Source: Tubulanus polymorphus
Taxonomy: Eukaryota > Animalia > Nemertea
DNA length: 64,000 nucleotides
NCBI RefSeq assembly: GCF_964204645.1
Contig: NC_134027.1
Span: 9,456,485-9,520,484, forward strand
Reading direction: 5' to 3'
Shown one piece after another: positions 48,601 to 62,000 of this stretch. The notes below the pieces were generated by a model. The model was not told the origin of the DNA. It saw nothing but the letters and a program-made list of their open reading frames with translations, and searched no databases. Position 1 is the stretch's first letter. Each line of letters starts with the position of its first letter. A program made the position numbers and the translations under genes.

Positions 48601-51600
48601 AACACACGTACAACGCCAGTCAGTCATTCGAAATTGTTCCCGAAAACTGTAATAGTAGAGAGTAGCCACACTCTGACGTGAAGAATATATACCGTAACAA
48701 GACTTAACACAACAGACGACATGTCAGGTTAACGATGATCTCTAATCTACGACATTGTGGCTGCTGAGCTGCTGAAGTAGCAAGGCTTTCGATCCCCACA
48801 GACAATTTAAGCTCTACATTGGTGTAATCTTCAATTTTTCACATCAGCTCAAAATATATTCCAAAGCAATTATCAGCATTGATAGAATATTAATATCCAT
48901 GCCCTGGTAGAGGGTAGAAGTCGTTTTACAAGGGTCAGCTCAGAGGGGTGGACGTAAAAATGAAAGGGGTGGCTGGCCCTCTAAACCGTGATGTGGAGAA
49001 CACTGCCAATGAGAGTTTGAAACATTGTGTCTTTTGATATTAATTTTTGATGAATAAAATTCGCTTACAATCTTTTAAATTTTGTGTAAAGTGGGTTTTA
49101 ACCTCAATAGGTTGGGCTAATATCGCAGATTTCGAGGATTTCTAGGTTGTGTGGACGAAACTGTGAAACATGAGCTAGAAAACGAGTTGCCTTAACTCAG
49201 CGTAATCTAATATTTTGGGACAGGGGAACTTTGACTTGAACTTGACGACTGCGATAATTTTCCGTAAACATGATAAGAATTTTCCATTCATCGAACAGAA
49301 CGTCGTTAAATGAACTTTAACCTGTCGACTTAAAAAGAACGTTGTAGTACTCCGTGAAGAGGTTTTCCATTTTCCTCTGCGAATGAACTTCACTAATTCG
49401 AACTGATAATCGAGTAACCCCCCATCGGCGCGCTTCCGAAAGGATGAGGCTTCTTTCGTGGTCTTCTCAAAGTTTCGAGATTTCTCCTTCTAGGCAATCA
49501 ATTCGATGAAATACAAATGAGAAATTTAAACAAATGAAATGATGAACACAATCTTGAAATCTTATGACAGATATTTAACTCATTCAAAACAGTTATCGAA
49601 CCCTATATAGACTATTGATCAAATCAAAGTGATGATTACGCAACGGGTCGGACATATCGAAATTCAAGGTCAGGCCAAAAATTGATACTTTGTTCCTTGC
49701 TTAGCGTTGGCCGACCGACCCTGTGCATTATTTTTTTTTTAAATTCATGATCAAGCAAGCCATAACAGATCTGGCAGTTATATAAATGAACTGATTGAAA
49801 ATTTTATTGCAGTTTACAAAATGACCCTGCCGATTAGGAAAAACAAGGTACCATCTCATTTCAGCCTTAATCGAAAAGTTATGAAAAAGAAAATATTTTC
49901 ACTATCTGGATTTCGGATCGTACCGATTGAATCCCTCCTCAAAACGCTGATGTAGGCGATACATACGACCGCAGATAAAACGAAATCGATATTTCAACCG
50001 TATTGATTCACTACTCACTACGGTTACCGCAGCGATTGTATTTATTAAAGTGTATTAAGTTGATATCGAATGATTAATGGCTGCATGTGTAACACCTGTG
50101 CAACAGCGCGCGGGCGCGCAGGGAAACAATACAATACGTAAACTATATGAGCACATATATATGCATAACGCGGCGAAAATACGAAAAAATCTTAACAAAA
50201 CAGCGCAATCAAATATTCATTGTATTTCATATACGTCAGTAGTAATATCGCTATGCGACCTAAAACGGCTTTATGCGTGGTCCGCGCTCCGCGCGAGAGA
50301 GACAGAGAGGGAGGGATATCGGCGAAATGAATCTTACGCAGAATTGAAAATCAATCCGTAAAAAGCCGGATGCGTAAACAGATCAAAATGTAAAACGCCG
50401 TTCCGCAAAAAGAGATGAACGATAGATACACTACGCGGTACGGTTTGTCTATATTTGACATCAGCCGAGTGGTTGCCCTCGCGAGATTTTTGTTTCCATG
50501 GCAGCACTCCCGATTAGCCTCTTGACACATGATGAAACACGCTGACGGAATGATCGCGCTCACTCACACGCGCGCGTCTAACATCGCTCTCGGGGACTAA
50601 TACACTTTACAAATACGTAAATGATTTTTTTTTCTATTTGCGTATGCGCTGTGACAATCGTGTTACTGATTTATTTACTCAAAATAAAAAATTTAAAAAA
50701 CGTGAACAACATAGGCAATGTTATTTGGAAACATGATTCTGTAGCGCGGATTTGATCAGCAGTCAGACCAGTTGCACAGTCATGACTTCGATCACTGACT
50801 TAGATTCAACCCGTCCCTGAAGAAATTCAAAATCATTGGGGCAACCATTCCAACTGTATCCCCACAATAATCATTCATTTATCCTGTCAACGTCCTCGCT
50901 TGACAGTGTCCGATTGCGTTCCGCTGCTCACACCGACACAAACCCTGGCCGCAGTTCGTTCATTGGTCTAATACACCGCCCAAGATTTCTTGGGCCGACA
51001 GGTTGCTGCTCAGTGGCCACCAGTCTAAGTATTAAGCAAATCAAATGTAGTGTTTTTTCAATAGCAGATTCACTCTTATCAATACACCTCAATGCATCTG
51101 ATTGGCTAGATATATAGACTGGTGGCCGCTGAGTGATCAAGATTTTTTGGGCCGACATGTTGTCGTTCAGTGGCCACCAGTCTAGGTATTAAGCAAATGA
51201 GATGCATTGGAAATGCGGCCAGGGTTTCGGCACCGGCTTCGGCAGAAGGCAATCAGACCCAGGCAAGCGAGGATGCCTCTGAAGGGAAAGGAATAGTCTG
51301 ATCGACATAAAGACAACACCCCGATAAAATCTACAACTAACGTAAGGATAACTTTTGATTTGTGAGTTTCTTGTGATATCGGTGATCACAACTAAATGAT
51401 AATCACCCTTCTGAAGTTCATATCCATACAATGTTCGTGGAAATATTCCATGGTTCTAAAACGTAGTCTATGGTTTTCAGTAATTAGAACGAATCGCACT
51501 GCTTTTCAATGAGATAATGAGGTAACCGTTCTAATCAGACCCTGTTGACATACATCGTCTATTGGACCATGGACTCGAAAGAGTGCGCAATCGGACCTAG

Positions 51601-52988
51601 GTCTAAGTCCTGCAATGCCTAATAGTTACACAGTTATTGATTTGTCAGGCATTGTCTCATACAGAGAATTCGAATGATAGGCATTTAATGCAATACCAGT
51701 CTCGCAAATCACCTTTAAACGAAGTCAAGGTCAAAGTAGACCCCGTATCTCATTTTTCCCCATCCGAAACATGGATACATTCTTTTTCGATTTTCACGCA
51801 TATTTGCTGCGTAATTGTAATTTTTTCTAACAGTATGGCGCAGTGTTGTGAACATGATATTGGATACGCGAATAAAAATATGCATATACATAGACGAATA
51901 CATTTAAATCGCAAATGATGGTAATGAACGCGACCGACCGACATGTCGCTGAAAGCCTCGAGTATATATCAAATTCGATATTGACTGCAATCGTTCTCGT
52001 ATCGAATATCAAAATGTGTGTTGCAAATTGAAGGACGCTTCCATCAATGGACGAATATTAAAAAGCAGTAAAATGTTCCGTCGGTTATCAAATCCATGGG
52101 AATCGGCCGGTTTTAAAGGTTAACGAATCCAGCTTAGAACAGCGTTCACAATGTATACGTCGCTTTTTGCGGAAATATCTACATTCTTTTTTTGACGCCG
52201 TTAAAACCGTTAGAATATCACTTCAATTCATTGATACCTAGTATGCGTTATACAAGGGTTCAGTGTGAGTTGATGTGCACTACGTCATTAATATTGGCGT
52301 TTCAAAATAACAATTATGATTGTGAATTTGGGCATTCATTTTGTAATTGAATATATATCATAAGTCTTATCTTTTATTCGATAAATTTTGATCATCATTT
52401 TGAGAGGATGTGCACTATGTCATCAATATATCGGGGGCTAGACGGCTGCAATTGAATTATCGATATATTCAAATCCAAAATAACTGTATCAATCCTTGGA
52501 ATTATACAATTTATATTATATTGTAATAATAATATTATACTGTTATATTATATTCAACTTTTCAAAATTTTCTTCAACTGTTTAGCCTGAAATAGCTATA
52601 ATTCCTAGATCGCAATGCGGTGTCGTGTGCCCTTATTTAGACATATTCTTCTTTCGTTGTCGAGGAATCAGTCACTTCCAATATGACTCAATTGAGACGA
52701 AGCAATTTAGTCACAAAAGAAATTTCGAATGTCCCCCTAGTTCATTTCCATCCGTCGCTGTCAAAGATGATACTTTATTTACATATAGGCCTAAGAGACA
52801 CTTTCCTTTCGCAAAATACGACGCCTTTTAAGCTTTTGACAAATTAGGCCTGTGGTGAAATCACTTTTCAAGTTTCCGCCTGATGTTTGAGACTTGTCTA
52901 GATTTGTAAAAGATTACGCTAGTAAAAGTTTATCTGGTAATTATGTTACGCAAGTGAAACATTTTTATCGATTTTAAAAAAGAACTAG

Positions 52989-53080
<92 letters not shown>

Positions 53081-56000
53081 GATTTACTAAAAGGTGGGCA
53101 AGCGTGCAATGACTTCCTTTTCGGATTCAATGAATATCTTAAGACATTTAACGAATTCAAATGATTCCAGTTAACGAAATACATGAAATGATAATTTTCG
53201 GATACGTATTATTGAGGTTATTTTAAAAATACAGTCTGGCATGCCATCTAACGGTATAATCGTAGATTAGCCCGGGCGTCGAGGGTTAAAATCACTTCAT
53301 TTCAAGCATACGGAGAACGATAATGAAACGAATGATTGAATCGAAGCTCACGATGATGAGCGATGAAATTTCATTTTCCACTCGCTCTTCGATACTTCAA
53401 CGATACCGCCTCGTCGAGTTTACCAAATGTGAAATAATCAGCTCGGGGGAGGGGGTGGGGGCTTGCGAATATTAAACTAGCAGGACTTTCAATTCTATAC
53501 GCAGGTCCGCCAATCTCTGGAAGTGCTATCAGTAACCAAATTGAAATTTTTATCAGTAATACTTCTTGAAATATTAAAGAAAATGTTCTCAGTAATCAAT
53601 AGTAGGATCTTCGGTAACATCTTTCCTTATATTTGCGTCAAACGAATCAATTCAGCATTTCTCGTCATAGAAAAGTAACAATTACTGAAAATCAGCAACA
53701 GTTGGCAGCTATACGTACATACAAGTCGCAAAAATAGCATTCAGCATTTATCCGTGGGTTGGTTTCACGGACGGGAGTATCAAATTCATCGCTAGGGATC
53801 GACTACTCGCTGATCGTCGACTATATCATAACCGTAAAATGAAAAACCATGAAAATAATGGATACACTTTTTTTTGCCCAGGGTTCAGCTTCGCGAAACG
53901 CTATAATCAAGTCGTCGAAAACGCGAAAGGTTGTCATTAGTAACTGATCATAATTTTGTTTGCGCCACCGGCGGCCCCTAGGGTTCACGCGTAACCCAGT
54001 CTACGAAACTGGCACTCGCGACGAACACCTCCCTGGTATTATAACAACCACAGGGTTAAGTAGCTAAACCTGAGGCGCCTATACACAACTGGCGGTTAGA
54101 AATTCATTTTCTTAAAAAACATTCCCCGGGAATGAATTAATACCGGAGTGCCGGTTTTATAGACCACTATTATCTAAACCCGGCCGCTAAATGATTGAAA
54201 ATGACCTTAGTTAACCCACGGGTTCAAGATAATACCCCAGTCAGTATCTTATCCATAAACCCAAGCCCATAATATTCAACTTCTCCCGCCCAACCTTTTT
54301 TTCAAAATCCAAATTACTATCGTTACTATCATCGATGCGCAAAAGTATTTCATCAAAAATGATGACTTCACAAATTTGGAATAACGTTATCATTGTTACA
54401 TTTAATGCCAGCAGCCGCCGCCGATCATTAGGCAAATAAAAAGCGCACTGCTTTAAAGATGACGCGGCGGTGATAGCTGTGGTAGTGTTCGGGTGCGTTT
54501 AAACACTTTACCTGGATATTGATAGATGGGAGGCATTGTATACGGGCTCATAAAAAATCCATTAAATCCATTGAGCGCCATTGGTAGTAATAAAAGCAAA
54601 CGACTGTACCGCTTCGTCGCTGCTGCTGCTACTGTAGCTGCTGCTGCTGCTGCAGCGATGATGATGATGACAGAAACTGAAACGTCAACGACTGACACCG
54701 AGAACCGTTTTCATTCAAAACATCCGCCCGTATGTACGTAATTTTATCAGCGTCGATGCACACACACTCGCTAAGATCCTTTAACGTTTCGAAAGCATTA
54801 TACTATCTACGTATCATATGTCGCGCATATACAGTGTATTCCAGCGACACGGATTGACTAGCAGCCGCTGCTGCGGTGACAGCGGCTGACACACAAAAAT
54901 ATATTCAACGTCTGCCGACGATGAGTCCTCCTACCATATGTAGCAGCAGCGGCGGCGGTAGCGGAGGGTGCAGCTACGAGAGAGCATCGATCTTCCGTCG
55001 GAAAATTGATATAATTGTAGTACACGCCTAAAAAAAGCAGTCGCGATATACACACACACACACAACACTTCAAGCGTTTGCGGTTGTCGACAAAAACAAC
55101 AACGCCGCGGTTGCTGGAATCATTACGCTCTCCATTTATATTACAGACGCGATTATTATTTATTTACGCCGATGATCATCATCCGTATACTACTACTACT
55201 GAGTCAGCGCGCGCATAGTAGAGCTACTATTACTACTACGGAGAGCGAGGTGTATCATCCGCGGTGGCTATAAACAGATTATTTGATACAAACGGAGCGG
55301 TAGCTCGGTAGCTAGCTCGCTCAGCTAGCGCATCGTTTTTCGAGGTAACTCCCGACTGGCTTCGAATGTACGTACTAGAAAACAGCGCCGTCCTCCGCGC
55401 ATCACCAGAGAGAGAGATAGAGAGCGAGATATGATTTATCAGTCTAGCGCGGCGACTTTGACACCGAGAGCTGTTGATTGCGTCGTTGTCGTTGTCGTAT
55501 TCCTGGATTAGATCTTGACGGCAGTTGTTGTCGTGTAGCTAGTCCGCGCGTTACAGCCGCCGCAAACAAGCGCGCACACGCACATTCCGAACACCCGCGC
55601 GCGCGCACACGCTGCTGCAGGTAAAATTAAATCAGCCCTCTATCAATCGACCAGAGTTGTAGCAGCTGTTGTATTCGTAAATATGTTCAGTCTCTCTCGG
55701 GAAAGAGAGGTTCGCACGTGGCGCGAGCGACAAAATCAATCGAAAACGAGAAAACACGATCGAGGAGAAAGACGATCAATCTATACGCGCACGACAGCGG
55801 CGACGGTGTCGCGAAGTTTCATCGCGGTACGACTGAGTTGATACTACTACACGGCAAAACACACAACCTCGCTACAGCAGCAGCAGCATCGTGTAGGTAC
55901 CGGTACTGCAGTGACAATGATGACGATCATCGCTCATATCGATACCAGGCTTAATTACGCCGAGAAGAACCGAGAACAGCAGTTCAGCGTAAACAGGATA

Positions 56001-59000
56001 TAATTGATTCGTCGTTGTCGTTTGATTCAAAAGTCGAATTCGCACTCCGCTCGTACGGAGAATGGAGAACGACTGCGTGTGAATATACGCACACCACCCA
56101 CGTCACACACGAGATGGAATCACGCTAATTACCTCAATCCGACGTTAATTAATTAAAAAGGCCCGATGAGAAGAACGAGCGAGTGAGCGAGCGAACGAAC
56201 GAGATTTTCTACCAAGAATTCGAACGGTGAAATTCCGCGAAACTGAATATGATGATTAACTGAGATTTCGAACCGTCAGCGCGTAAAGGACCGGCGCTAA
56301 GGTGACGTTTTTAAATAAATGATACGGGAAGAGAGCGATTCATTCCACATTCTGGATTCAGATCGCGACAAAAAACTATCCTGCACCTAAACAGGTGTCC
56401 AGGAACAGATTCCTTCTAATTGAAAGGGCTCAGTATTCATAGTTGTTCTCGTAATAGAAAAAAAAACCTCTTTACTTATTGTTGCTATATTGTCTTACTT
56501 CATTGAGCGCTTGCCGATTTAACGATATGATTCTATTACGTGTGACATGTTTACTAGCAGTAATGCGAATTCCCAACAATTCAAGTCATGCATGTGTCAC
56601 CATGCATTTGAATAAGATTACCCAAATTGGCCAATTTTCCATTTAGAAATAGTCGAATTCACTTTCCTAATGACCAGTCATGCTTATTTGATTTGAGTTC
56701 CATAATGTGGCATCACATAGTTATAGGCCGAAGATCCAAACTGGTTAATGGTGCGCAGTATATATCGGAAACGGGTGCTTATAGCAGTGGCGGATCCTAG
56801 GGCCAATTTTGAAAGATTTCCAAAAAGGCAATAGGCTATTAGGCGCATTCCCTCAGTGAAATACTCCTATTTGTTGTTATTGACAAAATGAAAAAGGGCA
56901 CTCAAAAAATATTTTGACGAACTTGTACAAGCCTCACACGTTGCCCTGAGTGATCCATCCTTGTATTGTAAGGCCTATGCAAGTACTTCAGCTCTTCGTG
57001 TTTCGAGAATTTGATCAGAGATTTCTACGCCGAGATCCGTCATACTGAAGAACTGCGCCACGAAATGTAATAAGATGACATCCATATGATAAGTGCAACA
57101 TAAGCTGTTACCTTATGATGCCCAGAGTAGATTCATGAAATGATTACATGTCAAGAATCTATCAAAACTTTTTTCAATTCATCCTTTCGTCTCAGAATTA
57201 ATCGCGCAATCAATTTATCCCACATCAACCATCTTTAACCGTAACATTGGTGTCATTGTGCGAAATCGTCAAGGAGAGACGACCACGGATCCGTGATAGC
57301 AGGAATCTTCAAGTTCAATTTATCGTCATTTAATTTTCAGTTTTGTGCCATTTTCAAATAACAAATGCTATCTTTTCATTTGCCGTTGTTGAAGTGTTCT
57401 ATGCTAAAAATGACCAAGTTGGTAAATATGTACTTGCGACACTCGTTCGAACGCCTTCCATTCATTTACACTTTTGGCAATCTCGAGTGAAAACCATGTT
57501 GGATACTAGTAACAGATAAGAACATCAGGACCCAGTTTTATAGACTGGTATTAACTTTAACCTGGGGGTTAACTCAATTCATTTTCAATTTAGTTAACCC
57601 CAGGTTAAAGTTAATACCAGTCTATAAAACCGGCTCCAAGTTTATTGATGATTATCATATTTCAAACACATTTCAAGATATGGGGCCCAGGACCCAGTTT
57701 TACAGCCTGGTATTAACTTTAACTGGGGGGCTAACTCAATCCATTCTCAATTGAGCTAGCGCCTGGTTTAAAGTTAATATCAGTCCACAAAACCAGGCCC
57801 GGGCCCGGGATCATACAAAAATTTGTCATAACTCCCAATTAAATATCAATTCATCAAAACGTAGACGGTAAATAGTGGCGCGTTTGAATCGCGTGTATAC
57901 AACACATTTCAACTCGTACGATAAATGCTTTCAACGCGCTAACGATCCACAATTTATGTTAAGTTGATTCTAAGTCGTACTGTAAATCAGTATTAACTCA
58001 TACAGAGGGGGCTTTAAAAAGAATTCTGCGAAAGGCCTACCGATATTGTACGTATGCGCATATCAAATAAACATATAGCCTAGTTATGTTAGATATTTAG
58101 TTGCCAGTGTACAGTTCCAGAATCGAGACCTTTTAGCACTAGAGACAAATCATAGCTCATTTCACGAATTCTATAATCAAATCAAACACACCCATAGATA
58201 ATTAAGTAGAAGCCTACAGTTGATGACCAAACCATTTATTTAAACTCCATCATCAGAGAACCCAACTCTCTCGGAGTTTAGTCGAAACGCTGAAACGTGT
58301 CAGAAAATAAACGGCTTAATTATCATTTGACATTATTATTATGCAGGTTTTTACTTATTAACTCTGAATGCCGTAATATCGGTCGGCCAGACACACCCAT
58401 GCCTCTCCGGAACAAACATGATAGTTCGACTTACATTTAAACCAACAATAAAACCATTCAAATTGGAAACGAAAATCTCTGAAGGCATGGAAATCTAACA
58501 GGCAAAATAGCACTGGCGGCAACAATACCGTTCATCAATGAGCAATGATTAATCTATAGAACCACAGTCTCAGCACTCACATCAATTGCTTATATCATTT
58601 ACATTAAAATCGTCTGAATGTACTCAAAAGTGATTTTCTAGGAGGTTGCCTCTCCAGAGGTGGAGATTTTCCAGCGGTAATAATTCAATGAACAACTTAA
58701 GTTATTACACTTTTTTTGTAAATGCGCAATTACCATCTAACATGTTTTCTTATTAAGGGCCGATCTTGATACAACCAAGTTTGGTATGTTGGAGTTCGGA
58801 TAGATGATGGTCTAACGCATGAAATTTTACAACTTTATAGAATACATAAGTAATGATTGATATCAAACATTTTCCATAACGAAAAATCATTTTTATGCGG
58901 AATATTTGCCCGGAAAAATTGCTCATGTCGTAAGTTCCCAATTCTCTTTATTGCATCCACAGGATTCCCTCGAATTTTATTCCATTTGTATGACACATGG

Positions 59001-62000
59001 AAAATGGTGAAATCTAACTGATAGTGGCCAAATTCGGTATTATGGAAGACAACACAAAGAAATGAAGGCATTTTCCTATTTTTATGCCTTTTTTACCATT
59101 CGCTGTCATTCAGTGATTAAGAGGTAGCATGCATAACCGATTTTTGGGGATTCTATGAGTTGCGACGCGTTATAGCAGGCACCTAGACTGAATACAATCT
59201 TTACAATTATCTATAACATGAAGCACCTCGAACATTAACACAGCATTGAGCTATGCTTATATAAACAAAATAAATTGCTAGTAATCATCATGATCATTCA
59301 TAAGATTCCTCCTTGTTCCAAAATGGCGCAATCAAAAAATGCGAGAAACTGCTGAAAATGGCACGTGGATGAGATTAATCCAAAAATCTCGGTTTGTTTT
59401 ACATTTAAACACTCATAGGTCGCCAGCAACCATTAAGTAATGATTTCAAATTCAATGTACTCTTACCTGCTGGTTGATTCCCGACGCCTTCGGGATAAGA
59501 TTTCTCATCCACAGTAGCTATTCTAGCAACAGATCTGTCGTCTTTTAATGATGAACTGCTCATCGGTTGGTCGTCAACCTGAAGAAATAAACAAGATTTG
59601 TCAACATCCTTACCCCCAAAATGATGTGATATAGCAATAGACCTCATGATAGTTTTATCATATTTGATTCAGGAGTCAGTTCATTTTTCACTCCAGTGAA
59701 ACACGCTTATAGGCTATAGGGTCCCTACAAATCAGTCATTCCTTGGATATAAGGAGTTTTAAAGGAGAAAATTTCAAATTTGGGGGACGCGTCTGCATCA
59801 TTTTCAGAACTCCTCCTAAATCGGTACAGTGTATCTTGGTAAACCTTTAATTCTGGGGTTTCGTAAGCAAATATTTATCCTAAACTGGGTTTCTAATTTG
59901 GTAATTGCTAATCGGGAAAAAACAAATCTTGGTCCCAACTGTACCAATTTAGGCATAGTTTACTGTACAACTACAAACTAGACAAAAATTTCTAAATGCC
60001 TATTACTCAAAATTAGATTCAGACCATAAAATGGAGTCTTTTTTCTCTCTTTCAAATGAATTAAGAAGACTTTATGGCAATCCTTCTCAATACAGTGTAA
60101 AATGGATATGAAAATGATGGTCTATTCAGACTGCACAGTTTCACTTGTATTAAGACCAAAGTGAAGTATGTCTTCATAAGATTAAGAGAAATATTCCCTA
60201 AACATCGATCCCAGACAAAAATAAATCGACTCTAGTTAAAAACGCAATATTTGTGCTAAAATCTAGTTTGATTATACCTTCTCAGTTTTGATTCCGTAAT
60301 GTTCTAAATACTTCTCTTTGCGAAGTTTCGGCGGCAGAACGACGTCGGTCGGAGTTTGCTGTGTCTCGTGCGTCGTCGACGTATTGTGACGCGATTTCAA
60401 CTTTTTCACGCAGATGACGCACACGACGACGATGATGCCGTCGTCCATGACGATTGCGCCGTCCGGCCGATTCAGCTCCTTCAGCTCGGGGTGGCGTTTC
60501 AGCGAGATCGCCTTCACGTTCTTGCGCGTTTCGATGCACGCGCACACGTAGCAGACGAACTCCGTCGTGTTGTACTGACGCAGCCAGCGATTATTGTCGC
60601 CGGGCTTCTTCGAGTTCTCGTACATGTGCCACTGCATAAGCAAACTGTGGTAGCAATAACGACAACACGACGCCGTACCCTGCGTCAAGATCGGCTCCGC
60701 GCCCGCCGCCGCCGACCGATTCACCAAGAACGGGAAAAACTGCTTCACCTCGGTCTGATATTCGGACTTCCCCTTTTCCGGATAAGCCGAGACGACGTGC
60801 AGCTTTTGCGCTTCGGTCTTCGTGCCGCAAACGAAGCAACAAGAGATCTTAACGCCTTTCACCTCGGCGCCGGACACAGACTTCTGCGTCGCCGCGTCGT
60901 TATCGTTATTATTCGCGTAGAAATTAAACGGACTCGCGATTGCTAGAAGGCCTTGATTCTGCTGCGCGGAAACGTTCGGCGACGGACTGCTGGATCCGAT
61001 ATGGATGTTCAACGGTTTTGTAACGTTGGCGTTGTCGGCGGCGACGTCGCTCGGTTTCATACGCGCTGCGTCGGAGGGTAGATTTCTATCTGACGATGCG
61101 CTATTCGGTAACGAGTACGTTCTCAGGTGTACGGGAATCGACGCGTCTTCGTTCGTGTGCCATTGGTGCTTCAACGAATTGTAGCACATACGACACGCCA
61201 TCACTCGCCCGTCACCATCCATTTGTCGCGCCTTCGACGGCGTTTTCAAATTGAATATAAATGGAAAATACATCGGATCCATGACGCCTTTATACGGCGG
61301 TTTTGCGTAAATGATTTTCAGCGAATCGCGGTGGTAGACCTGTCCGCACAAAAAGCACGCCTCTTCGATTCGTTTCACGTTACTCTGCAGCGGACTTTCG
61401 GTGCCTTTCAAAGGCGACGAAGCGATGACCGTTTGCGCATGCGTCGGCGCCGAAACATTTCCGACGTTGTAAATTCGGTTTTCTTCGTTCGTGCTGGTGA
61501 GTTCGTAAGCCTTCCACTGCGTCTGCAGCCCGTTCCAGCACGAGCCGCAAACTCTCGTCAGGCCTTGTTTACCGAGCGCCATCGCTCCGGTCGGCGGCTC
61601 GATTTTTTCCAAAAACGGGAAATATTTAACGGCGTCCGTTTGTTTACGGGAATAAACGAACTTCCCCGACGTCGACGGCGCCGTTTTTCCGCAAGTATAG
61701 CAAACCATCGTGCTAGCCGATTCTTCACTTGGCGCGATACCCGCTTCCGGGTAACCGTTTTGCGCGCTAGGTTTTGACGATTTCAAATTACCGGTAAGAT
61801 CCATCGCGCCCGAACTGTCGAAACTATCAGAGTTAACAGGCGCTGACTGCGACTGATTAGTAACGTAGCCGTCATCGCCGACCTCCGTTTTGTAGGTCAT
61901 CATGCCGGGCACCTGATTTGACCGTCCCTGGTCGTATTGGTTGTACGGCGACCGGTGGTGATGCAACCCGAATAGTAATGCGGCGTATTCACCTTGAGTA

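Noticed and set aside
52930-53184. ORF with a YIYI repeat
   Set aside because: Translation of the (TA)n microsatellite.
60282-61777. Alternative-frame and antisense ORFs over the large GSE1 exon (also 37556-38031 and 40074-40980)
   Set aside because: By-products of CG-rich codon usage, with no independent splice or start evidence.
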